64,000 nucleotides of DNA from Bacteroidales bacterium (GTDB taxonomy: Bacteria > Bacteroidota > Bacteroidia > Bacteroidales > G3-4614): NCBI GenBank assembly GCA_036656055.1, contig JAVVOY010000001.1:33662-97661 (forward strand). The letters are read 5' to 3'. Below the pieces are notes generated by a model that made no database searches, had not been told where the DNA came from, and saw only the letters and a list, made by a program, of their open reading frames with translations. Shown in pieces: positions 19,033 to 27,723 of this stretch (positions are counted from its first letter, which is position 1; each line of letters opens with the position of its first letter). The position numbers were made by a program, and so were the translations under genes.

Positions 19033-19779
19033 TTACATATTCATACCGCCACAGCAATGAATCACTTGCCCTGAGACATAGGAGGAGAGATCGGATGCAA
19101 GGAATGTACATACGTTTGATACATCCTCAGGTGTCCCTCCGCGGCGCAAAGGAATTTGTTTTGCCCATGCTTCTTTAACATCGTCCGGAAGAACGGCAGT
19201 CATTTCGGTTATTATAAATCCGGGTGCAACACAATTTGCTCTTATTCCGCGTGGACCCATCTCTTTGGCAATAGATTTGGCAAGACCTATCATTCCTGCT
19301 TTAGATGCAGAGTAGTTGCACTGTCCGCCATTTCCGCTAACACCTACAACAGACGACATATTTATTATGCTGCCTGAACGCTGTTTCATCATTATAGGTG
19401 CTATGGCATGAATAAAATTGAACGCAGATTTAAGGTTGATATTAATCACCATATCCCATTGTTCTTCAGACATTCGTAGCATAAGCGTATCGCGAGTTAT
19501 CCCGGCATTATTCACCAGAATATCTATCTTTCCAAAATCTGCTACGATAGCCTCTACTACATTGTGAGTATCTGCAAAATTAGCTGCATTGGATGCATAA
19601 CCTTTAGCTTTTACACCGAATGCAATTAATTCCTCTTCGGTATGTTTCATGTTATCATCGTATTTGAGGTCGGTAAAAGCTATGTTTGCCCCCTCACTTG
19701 CAAATTTTAAAGCCACGGCTTTTCCTATTCCGCGTGCTGCGCCTGTAATAACGGCGACTTTACCTTCTAACAGTTTCAT
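19033..19779 (-). CDS. fabG: 3-oxoacyl-[ACP] reductase
   Basis: 248 aa SDR. TGAARGIG, NNAG and the YxxxK pattern (YSASKAG). Confidence 0.9.
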   Translation of the reverse strand: MKLLEGKVAVITGAARGIGKAVALKFASEGANIAFTDLKYDDNMKHTEEELIAFGVKAKGYASNAANFADTHNVVEAIVADFGKIDILVNNAGITRDTLMLRMSEEQWDMVININLKSAFNFIHAIAPIMMKQRSGSIINMSSVVGVSGNGGQCNYSASKAGMIGLAKSIAKEMGPRGIRANCVAPGFIITEMTAVLPDDVKEAWAKQIPLRRGGTPEDVSNVCTFLASDLSSYVSGQVIHCCGGMNM

Positions 19780-19807
19780 CTTTTAATTATATTAATTGGT
19801 ATCAATG

Positions 19808-20446
19808 TTATTCTATCTTTTTCCCTTTCTTTCGTTTGCCTGTTGCATTTATCATCGTTTCTTTAGCTTTTACTCCGTTGAGTATAAGGTTGCTTGCCAT
19901 ACTTCTTACCTGCTCCTTGTCAACGCACATACGCTGAAAATGGTTGCGGATATATGGAGCATCAAAACCGCGTAGAGCATAATGTATAAGCACGGCGGAT
20001 ATTCTTATATTGGGGACATTAAAATCACCTTTGTCAACTCCTTCCTGCAGAATAGCTCTGAGTAAAGATATCTCTTGTTGGTCTATGTTTTTCCAAGCGT
20101 GCTCTACTTTCCATATATCTCTGAAGAATTCTGAACGCAAAGTGCCGTTACGAGCAACTATCTCTTTTATTAGTTCCAAACGACAGAAAATATAGTTTGA
20201 CAATTTCTCTTCCGGAGGAAGATCTTCGTTTACAATATTATTTAGTTTATCTAAGAGAAGAGTTATTTCCGATTCAACCACAGCCCAATAGATATCCTCT
20301 TTGCTTTTAAAATATGTATATAATGTCCTACGAACTTTTCCTGCAGCTAAAGCTATATCGTTCATCGTAGTATTTTCAACTCCGGATTTAACGAATAACT
20401 GGCGGGCTACTTCTATTAGTTTTTCACGAGTCTCCTCTCCGTGCAT
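19808..20446 (-). CDS. TetR/AcrR-family transcriptional regulator
   Basis: The track start at 20506 is TTG and overlaps a -7 box. I trimmed to the ATG at 20446 (MHGEETREKLIEVARQLF...GVENTTMNDIALAAG). -7 boxes lie at 20482-20489 and 20504-20511 on the - strand. Confidence 0.85.
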   Translation of the reverse strand: MHGEETREKLIEVARQLFVKSGVENTTMNDIALAAGKVRRTLYTYFKSKEDIYWAVVESEITLLLDKLNNIVNEDLPPEEKLSNYIFCRLELIKEIVARNGTLRSEFFRDIWKVEHAWKNIDQQEISLLRAILQEGVDKGDFNVPNIRISAVLIHYALRGFDAPYIRNHFQRMCVDKEQVRSMASNLILNGVKAKETMINATGKRKKGKKIE

Positions 20447-20642
20447 GGATATATTTTCTAAAATATTTTTGTTTGTCTTCGCAAAAGTATTTGTAATCTG
20501 GCTCAAAGATAAGATAAAAAAACGGGAATGAGTGCAGAATGAGGTAATAAGGTTGTAGGTAAGGGCTTTAAGTGGTTTATGTCAGTCAAATAGAAAGCCA
20601 AGAAAAGCCACAAAAAAGCCACCTATCACCGACACGTTACAT

Positions 20643-21022
20643 GTGACTAAGCGTATTCACTTGAAACAAATTTCTGAGGTGCTAGATATGCCTATCGAGG
20701 AGATTCTGCTTGCCGTGATATGGTAGAACATGCTTCTTACTCGCAAGCATCATTGGGTGGTGATTCCGATACCAAACTTGTGATTAAATGTCACAAAGTG
20801 CGTAAAGGTGAGAATTTTTCGACTATCGCAAAAAAATATGGCGTATCAGTGACTGAGCTAAAGAAAGCGAACAAAATATCGGGAACAAAAATCACCGTCG
20901 GTGAAAAAATAAACATCCCCAAGAAACACCCCTCACAAAATATCCATAAAATATATAGATTCCTCAAAAAGAATCTATATATTATTTTCATGCACTCTCA
21001 AAAAAAACATCAAATAATTTGA
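20643..21022 (+). pseudogene. Degraded remnant of a LysM-containing lytic-transglycosylase (MltD-like) gene
   Basis: One frame reads VTKRIHLKQISEVLDMPIEEI then a stop at 20724. A second frame carries a single intact LysM repeat (HKVRKGENFSTIAKKYGVSVTELKKANKISGTKITVGEKINIP). There is no SLT domain and no credible start. The ORF tail runs through a terminator hairpin. Confidence 0.55.
20950..20983 (+). terminator. Intrinsic terminator at the end of the LysM remnant
   Basis: 13-bp perfect stem aatatatagattc/gaatctatatatt followed by atttt. Confidence 0.6.
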
Positions 21023-21240
21023 CAATTATAAAAACAATATTTATATTTGCCAAAATATGCGAAAAGAAGCGATAAAAATAGTATGTAAATCCCAATGTTT
21101 ATAAGAAATATTTTAAATATTAAGATGTTCATATCTTTGATTATTCTTCATTAGTTAGATAACATTTAATGTTTAATATTTTATAGCTAAAAAATAAAAC
21201 TCAATTTATACTCATTAATAAGCAACAAAAAGCACTACTT

Positions 21241-22668
21241 ATGAAACCTGTTAATTTTTTAATCTTCTCACTATTTTTTTTGGGGCTTCTATCATGCTCG
21301 TCAAAAACAGAGGATCCAGAAGAACCATACTTCGCTGGATATGGAAAAACAACATTTCTTGAAGGTCAGGAAATTCCCAAATACGTATCTAAAAATCCTA
21401 TGGAATATGGATTTTTATTGACTGAGTGTTGGGAAATTAAAGAAAAACAATGTACTAAATTATTGGATTGCAGATATAATAAAGATCAAAATCTTTTAAT
21501 TATAGCGTTCAATAAAAAGTTTATTGGATGCAAAGGAATTTACAAGGACGATGAGGTAATGTTAGGATCAAATACATGGCAACTCAGAAATTCAAGTTAT
21601 GCAACACTCAATGATTCATATTTAGTATGTGGTGAAGCGCCTATATATTGCTATAAAGATAAAGACCAAATATTCCAAGAGACATTATCGGATCCTGAGA
21701 ATTATGGATTTAAGAAAACTAAATGCTGGCAGCACATTAAATATTTTACTCCTGAAAGGTACTCAACCGGAGAATTGGAAGTATGGTCAAATGGGAAGGG
21801 TATGTATGTTTCCGGTTTTGAATCTTGGCATAATATCTACCATAGTTGGGAGAAAAATGAAAGATCCATTGATACAGAAGCTGGAGTTTACAATGTACCC
21901 AAAGATCGAAGGGCTTTTGTCTGGGGATCATCATCTACCGATCCTTATCAAATAAGTATAGTAGAAGGAGACGCTCTAACACTTGAACAAGTCAAGTTCA
22001 TAGATCGTTCGGAAATTCGTGGTACAAACAATACGGCTTCTGGTTATTCTCAATATTTAGGATGTTATACTAGTGGTAGTGTAGCTGTTGATATATATTA
22101 TGATAATTTCGATATAAATCAAGTTACGTTTAGCTCAAATGTATCATGGTTATATAAATCTAAGATCCGGATTCCATATAGAAAAGGAGATAACTACTAC
22201 AACTATAACTATAACTATACACGAGTTATGATAGATTGGGGTAATAATGCAAATACCGGGGCAAAACGAACCGGTATAATTACAATAACAGTAACAGACC
22301 CAAATGGCAACGCACATTCATGTGATTATACAGTAAATCAAGCAGCCGGTTCATCATCTGACGGAGGAGGCAGTGGGACAGGAGGTGAAGATGAAAATTG
22401 GGAAGAAGTAGAAGCTACAGGATATTTACCATATTGGTATTGTCCTAAGAAGGGGACTGAGCGACGATATCCAAATAATAATGTTAGTGCCTCTCGGAAT
22501 AAAACCACTGGTGCATACCGGGTTCGCTGGGGTTACAAATATTACCCTGCAAGAAAAGGCTATAACAAAATCACATTAGATACTATGTCCGATCGAGTTT
22601 ATATTCCCCAGTATAAATATTGGGATTTCCATATGGACTACGAATATTACGAGTTTACGATATATTAA
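21241..22668 (+). CDS. Hypothetical lipoprotein with a BACON-like domain
   Basis: 475 aa with lipobox FFLGLLSCSS. Internal duplication (NPMEYGFLLTECWEIKE / DPENYGFKKTKCWQHIKY). BACON-like segment (...SWLYKSK...GAKRTGIITITVTDPNGNAHSCDYTVNQAAG). A Gly/Ser linker and then an aromatic-rich C-terminus. Confidence 0.6.
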   Translation: MKPVNFLIFSLFFLGLLSCSSKTEDPEEPYFAGYGKTTFLEGQEIPKYVSKNPMEYGFLLTECWEIKEKQCTKLLDCRYNKDQNLLIIAFNKKFIGCKGIYKDDEVMLGSNTWQLRNSSYATLNDSYLVCGEAPIYCYKDKDQIFQETLSDPENYGFKKTKCWQHIKYFTPERYSTGELEVWSNGKGMYVSGFESWHNIYHSWEKNERSIDTEAGVYNVPKDRRAFVWGSSSTDPYQISIVEGDALTLEQVKFIDRSEIRGTNNTASGYSQYLGCYTSGSVAVDIYYDNFDINQVTFSSNVSWLYKSKIRIPYRKGDNYYNYNYNYTRVMIDWGNNANTGAKRTGIITITVTDPNGNAHSCDYTVNQAAGSSSDGGGSGTGGEDENWEEVEATGYLPYWYCPKKGTERRYPNNNVSASRNKTTGAYRVRWGYKYYPARKGYNKITLDTMSDRVYIPQYKYWDFHMDYEYYEFTIY

Positions 22669-23233
22669 ATAATAAATTTATAATATTAACATAGTAATTA
22701 TTATAAGGATAGATTTGAGTCGATGAATTTTATATAAATATTTGAGGAAACAAGTGTGACTTTTCGTGGGAAATATCTGATAGATATGTTTTCTCAATTA
22801 TCAAGGATATTTTTGCCGCTCTCAAAAAAAAATAATGACTTTTGCATTAGAGTTGTTTGGCATAGCAAAGCGCAGAATATTTGAGAAGCAGAACTTTCGC
22901 TAAATCGTTACCAAAAATTTGCCGTCTCATTATTGTATTATGATACTCAGTCAATTACAAAGTTTTTAATTATCCTCGGCAAAGATAGTGTAAACCAAAT
23001 ACAGAAGCCAAATTTATTTTGATTATGTTGAATAGCATCAACCGTTGTAGTTAAGCGAGAGCAAAGATAAAAATTATTTTGTCTTTCATCAGCAGTAGAA
23101 ACATCGGTGTGATTAGTCTTTGCAAAAGAATCTGTTGCATCAAATAAAGATAGTGCAAATTACATTAATTAAAAACTCTCTTAAGCTGATTATTTAAATA
23201 TGAACCTATAAATATAGATATTGTTATTATAAT

Positions 23234-23695
23234 ATGTATATAGATAAAGCAACAATAAGAAGTCTTGATTTACTCAGATATATGGGTAAATGGTATGAAA
23301 TAGCGCGCATAACACACCGATTTGAACGTGGATTGGTAGGTTGTACCGCAAATTATACTATTAATGATAACGGCACTATTAAGGTGGTAAATAGCGGATA
23401 TAAGAACTGTATTGGTGGCAAATTCCGTCAAATAGAAGGGGTCGCTAAACAGCCTGATTCTACAAAACCGGGTGCTCTTAAGGTTTCGTTCTTTCTTTGG
23501 TTTTATGTAAACTATCTGATATTAGAGCTTGATGAGGAGAATTATAGTTATGCTCTTATAGGTAGCTCATCTTCTGATTATCTGTGGATATTAAGTCGTA
23601 CACCACAACTCTCTGACGTGAATCTGAAATTCTTGTTACAAAGGGTAGGGGAGCGTGGCTATAAAAGCAGTAAACTGTATTTTACCCCACAGTGA
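23234..23695 (+). CDS. Bacterial lipocalin (Blc-like), lacking a signal peptide
   Basis: 153 aa. RYMGKWYEIARITHRFERG ... ALKVSFF ... DYLWILSRTPQLSD closely parallels E. coli Blc. An in-frame TGA lies 33 nt upstream, which excludes an N-terminal extension. Confidence 0.85.
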   Translation: MYIDKATIRSLDLLRYMGKWYEIARITHRFERGLVGCTANYTINDNGTIKVVNSGYKNCIGGKFRQIEGVAKQPDSTKPGALKVSFFLWFYVNYLILELDEENYSYALIGSSSSDYLWILSRTPQLSDVNLKFLLQRVGERGYKSSKLYFTPQ

Positions 23696-23726
23696 TGACC
23701 GCAATAGTTTGGGTTTCATTCAAAAT

Positions 23727-25928
23727 CTAATTCTCGCTCTGGTACATAAGTTGGTCGAGCATTATAGAGAGCTCTTCGTCAGATATGCCTAGCTTTTTTA
23801 ATGTGTCGCGATCTTGGTTGAATCCGTGTAGGAATGTTTCAATATCATTCTTCCCGGCAATAAGACTCTTTTGGTATAGCTCAAAAGCTGTCATAGTTTT
23901 TTTCAATGCCAATGCCGTATGTCCGGCATTCATGTAGTCGTTTGCCGTAGGGGATGCTGATAAAATTTTTTCGTAGTAGCTTTCAGCTTGAGCTGTCTTG
24001 CCAATAATAAAAGAACACCAAGCAATAGCTCTCCATGCTTTCATGCTGTTATTAGCGAGATATTCAACCTTGAAGTAATGTTTGAGGGCATTCTCGCAGT
24101 CACCAAGAGTTAGATAGCAGTGTCCGCATTGGAGTTCAAGAACAAGATTGTCAGGCTTTAACCGTAAGGCTTCACCGTAATATTTTAGAGCCTCTTTTAT
24201 GTATCCATCTGCACGATAGCAGGTTGCGATGTGATGCAGCGTCCAGAAATCCGGTGAGATACTCTCTGCCTTAAGGTACTCCTCTATTGCGCTTTTATAG
24301 TCTTTTTGCATCTGCTTGCAATAACCTAATTTTTGATGTGTTACTGTGTCTTCAGGAATCCTTTCGGAAAGGATTGTGAAATATTTCTCGGCATGTGAGA
24401 AATACTCCTTTTTAAGGTAAAATTCTCCAATTAGGCGCATTGTGTCATCATCGCTGAAGATTATCTGCAACGGAGCTACTTCATACAGATCAATATGTTT
24501 AGAAAAGATATCTTGTTCTTTAATCTTTTGTGGAGCGAGTTTAAAAAAACGGTATAAGTCTTGTATATATTGGTTAGATATACTTTTTGCTATCGAGGCA
24601 GTACCATCAAGTTCATTCTTAAAAGCATCTTCAACCTCATTTTTGTCTCCCGGAAGTTGATTCATAATTGCATTGCGCTGTAATTCTGAAATATTTCCCA
24701 TAGCCAAAGAGAGAGAGTATTTGTCGGAGTTACATATAAATCTTGCTGCTTCAATGATTTCTGTGAAGTTACCACTGTTAGCAAATGTGTTGCTAATATC
24801 GCTGCTTTTTGTAGAGAAAGGTTTGAACCAGTTTGAAATTTTATTAAAGAACGGGAAATTCTTAAGAGAAGAAAATGTACTCATCAGTACATCTGATCCC
24901 TCTATCTGTAGTTCGTTCAGTTCTTGTAGCTTTTTTGTTACTCCGCTTGAATTAAGCATCTTCTCCCATTCTGGATTCTTTTCCAATAATGGATCATCCG
25001 CCATATTTTCTTCTCCTGACATCTTTTTATATAATTCAGGACTCATCTTCATCATCTCCGGAAGGATCTCGCGGGTAAATATATCCGTTATGCGCTCCGT
25101 TTCCATGGTGCGTATAAGTTGAATGAATTGGTTTCTTACATCACGGCTAAAATTTACATCTTCTGTCAAAAGTCCAATTCGTTCTGATATGGTGTCTGAA
25201 AAAGTAATTCTGTCGCGGTGAAAATAGCAAACAATAAGTGCTCCGCAGAGTGCCCGTTGTTTAATCTCCTCGTCATCGCATAGTGAATAAGTGTCTAATA
25301 ATATCAGTATTTTTCTTTCGTCATAGTTATGCAGTATGCTCAGCATAATGGCAGAAACAGCCAGACAAACGGTTGCGGTGCTGTACAGAGTAGGGTTCAG
25401 AAGTTTTTCACTTATTTCGTAATCAAAGTCTGTGGTATTATAGTTTACCAGAAGTTGTAAAAATATCTCTTCTTGGCAATCTTCTGTCGCTTTTCTTAAT
25501 GTTGTAATATTATTGTCATTCTCTTTTACTGAAGTTGAAAGAGACAATTTATCTTCGGTAGCTTTCAGTATTTCAGTTTGTTTTGACAGAGAATAGTTTC
25601 CGTTTAAATTGCAATACCTTCTTTTATCATAATAGAAACTTGAGGCCGATTGCATCATTAATTCGTCCGTAATTTTGTCTGTAATTGCGTAGAGTGAAAT
25701 CAAAAGTGATTTGTATAACTTTTCTCGCTCAGGATCTTCAACCCCTTCAAGCATATATTTTATCATATACTTGTAAGTTGTCTCAAGTTCTTCTACCTTC
25801 TCTTTGAATCCTATATTCTTGCATACCGCAAGCAATTCTCCCAGATATTTAAATACGTTTCTGAGTCGCCTCTCTTTAAGGCAAATAAAGATTTTTTTTC
25901 GAGCAGCTGTGATTTTATCTGTATCCAT
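23727..25928 (-). CDS. Tetratricopeptide-repeat protein
   Basis: 733 aa. The C-terminal roughly 230 aa show repeated TPR-like A/Y/L patterns (AIEEYLKAESISPD..., ALKYYGEALRLKPDN..., ALKHYFKVEYL...). The N-terminal part has no motif I recognise. Confidence 0.7.
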   Translation of the reverse strand: MDTDKITAARKKIFICLKERRLRNVFKYLGELLAVCKNIGFKEKVEELETTYKYMIKYMLEGVEDPEREKLYKSLLISLYAITDKITDELMMQSASSFYYDKRRYCNLNGNYSLSKQTEILKATEDKLSLSTSVKENDNNITTLRKATEDCQEEIFLQLLVNYNTTDFDYEISEKLLNPTLYSTATVCLAVSAIMLSILHNYDERKILILLDTYSLCDDEEIKQRALCGALIVCYFHRDRITFSDTISERIGLLTEDVNFSRDVRNQFIQLIRTMETERITDIFTREILPEMMKMSPELYKKMSGEENMADDPLLEKNPEWEKMLNSSGVTKKLQELNELQIEGSDVLMSTFSSLKNFPFFNKISNWFKPFSTKSSDISNTFANSGNFTEIIEAARFICNSDKYSLSLAMGNISELQRNAIMNQLPGDKNEVEDAFKNELDGTASIAKSISNQYIQDLYRFFKLAPQKIKEQDIFSKHIDLYEVAPLQIIFSDDDTMRLIGEFYLKKEYFSHAEKYFTILSERIPEDTVTHQKLGYCKQMQKDYKSAIEEYLKAESISPDFWTLHHIATCYRADGYIKEALKYYGEALRLKPDNLVLELQCGHCYLTLGDCENALKHYFKVEYLANNSMKAWRAIAWCSFIIGKTAQAESYYEKILSASPTANDYMNAGHTALALKKTMTAFELYQKSLIAGKNDIETFLHGFNQDRDTLKKLGISDEELSIMLDQLMYQSEN

Positions 25929-25986
25929 AATATCTATTTAGTATTATGAACTCTCAAATATTGTGCCAAGTTATTATGAGAAATTT

Positions 25987-26553
25987 TTAATTTATAATTT
26001 CTGCGTCCTCTATATTTTTATTTTTAAGATTGCCATTATTCATGGCGCGGAAACGGAACATATTGAATATTTCATTAATTCCATATATAATAGATATTAT
26101 ACCTACTATTATCCATAGAGTGGATATCATGCTCCTGAAGTTTGCAATTGTGATAATACCTATTATAATAAGTACTGCTGGAACTATATAAAACAGATAA
26201 CTTGCTCCCTGCTTTTTATAAGGAGTTATTGCGATAACCTGTCTTGCTCCGGCAAAAATCATAATACAACCGAAAAGTAGTGCGAGTAGATTGGTAAATG
26301 CTTGGGGTATAAGAATCATTATAAGTCCAAGTATTGCCGATCCTCCGCATCCAATAAGTGAATATACGGGAATCTTCCTGTTTTTTGCGTTTTGTATAAT
26401 CATTGCCATCAATGTGGCAAGGAGCGGTATTATGAATAATATTCCTAAAGCAGTAACAATTGTGTTATTTACCGTATCCGGCCATTTTACAAGAACTATA
26501 CCTATTATTATTGCAATGATACTCCTTACTAATGTCCCGGTTGAATTATACAT
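25987..26553 (-). CDS. DUF308/HdeD-like membrane protein
   Basis: 188 aa, about six TM helices, with a repeated GIxLIxxG pattern. Confidence 0.55.
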   Translation of the reverse strand: MYNSTGTLVRSIIAIIIGIVLVKWPDTVNNTIVTALGILFIIPLLATLMAMIIQNAKNRKIPVYSLIGCGGSAILGLIMILIPQAFTNLLALLFGCIMIFAGARQVIAITPYKKQGASYLFYIVPAVLIIIGIITIANFRSMISTLWIIVGIISIIYGINEIFNMFRFRAMNNGNLKNKNIEDAEIIN

Positions 26554-26662
26554 ATGCTTGTAATTATATTTATATCTTAAGGCAAAGGTATTAAAAATTT
26601 CGTGTTATGTTATGGCGGATGTGAGAAATTATTTATAAATTTGCATTAATGTAAATTAGGTT

Positions 26663-27625
26663 ATGAGGCAAGCAAGGTTATTGGCAGTAATAAATCCCAT
26701 TTCAGGTGGTGCGCGTAAAGCGAATATTCCAGATAAGATAAAACGCATTCTTGGCTCAGAAGATGTTTCCGTAGAGGTAGCTTTTACAGAGTACGCAGGA
26801 CATGCCACAGAATTAGCTTCTGCTGCCGCTGCTGATGGATTTGATATTGTTCTTTCGGTAGGCGGTGACGGCACGTGTAATGAAATTGCCAAAGCTCTTG
26901 TTCATACCAATACGGTACTTGGAATAATTCCTATGGGATCGGGAAATGGTCTTGCCCGACATCTCGGCATACCGGTAGGGGTTAGTGCTGCACTAAAATC
27001 ACTTCAGAAAGCACATATGGTTGCCGTGGATTATTGTCAGGCAAACGGATTACCGTTCTTTTGTACATGTGGTGTAGGTTTTGATGCTCAGGTAAGCGAA
27101 AAATTTGCGGTCTCCAAAACGCGTGGTGGGCTTACATATTTCATAAAAACAATAGAGGAGTATTTGCAGTATAAAAACGAATATTATACAATAGAGACAG
27201 CAGACGGAACCATAAAGGAGAAGGCATTTATAATTGCCTGTGGAAACGCATCGCAGTATGGGAACAACGCATTTATAGCCCCTTATGCCTCAATGTGTGA
27301 TGGCAAGATAGATGTAACTGTTATGCGTCCATTCTCCCTATTGGGAATTCTCCCTATGACGGTGCAGCTGTTTACGAAAACCATACGTATTAATCCTCAT
27401 ATAAGAACATTTACGTCATCAGAGTTTAAGATTATTCGCGAAAAAGAGGGCGTAATGCATATTGATGGTGATCCGGTGAATATGCCCGCCGAAATAAATA
27501 TCAAGTGTATACGTCAAGGACTTAAGGTGATGATTCCTGATATTCAAGCAGCAAATGAGTTTGAAGCCACAATGTTGACATTGTTATCAAACGTTTTTGG
27601 GATCAAAATACCTAAAAGCATCTGA
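26663..27625 (+). CDS. Diacylglycerol-kinase-family lipid kinase (YegS/BmrU-like)
   Basis: 320 aa. AVINPISGG, GGDGT and PMGSGNGLAR motifs. Confidence 0.85.
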   Translation: MRQARLLAVINPISGGARKANIPDKIKRILGSEDVSVEVAFTEYAGHATELASAAAADGFDIVLSVGGDGTCNEIAKALVHTNTVLGIIPMGSGNGLARHLGIPVGVSAALKSLQKAHMVAVDYCQANGLPFFCTCGVGFDAQVSEKFAVSKTRGGLTYFIKTIEEYLQYKNEYYTIETADGTIKEKAFIIACGNASQYGNNAFIAPYASMCDGKIDVTVMRPFSLLGILPMTVQLFTKTIRINPHIRTFTSSEFKIIREKEGVMHIDGDPVNMPAEINIKCIRQGLKVMIPDIQAANEFEATMLTLLSNVFGIKIPKSI

Positions 27626-27723
27626 TCATTCTGACGGTATAGTAATCTTAATCTTTTGTTTAAATAAATTCCTATTCTGCAAATTTATAAAATACAGGTT
27701 GTTTTTGCGGTCTAATGTTTGAC

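Noticed and set aside
20720-21022. The 100-aa LysM ORF taken as an intact gene.
   Set aside because: Its start is an arbitrary internal ATG directly after a frame break. The upstream sequence continues the same parent gene in another frame, and the ORF tail reads through a terminator hairpin. I treat it as a pseudogene remnant.
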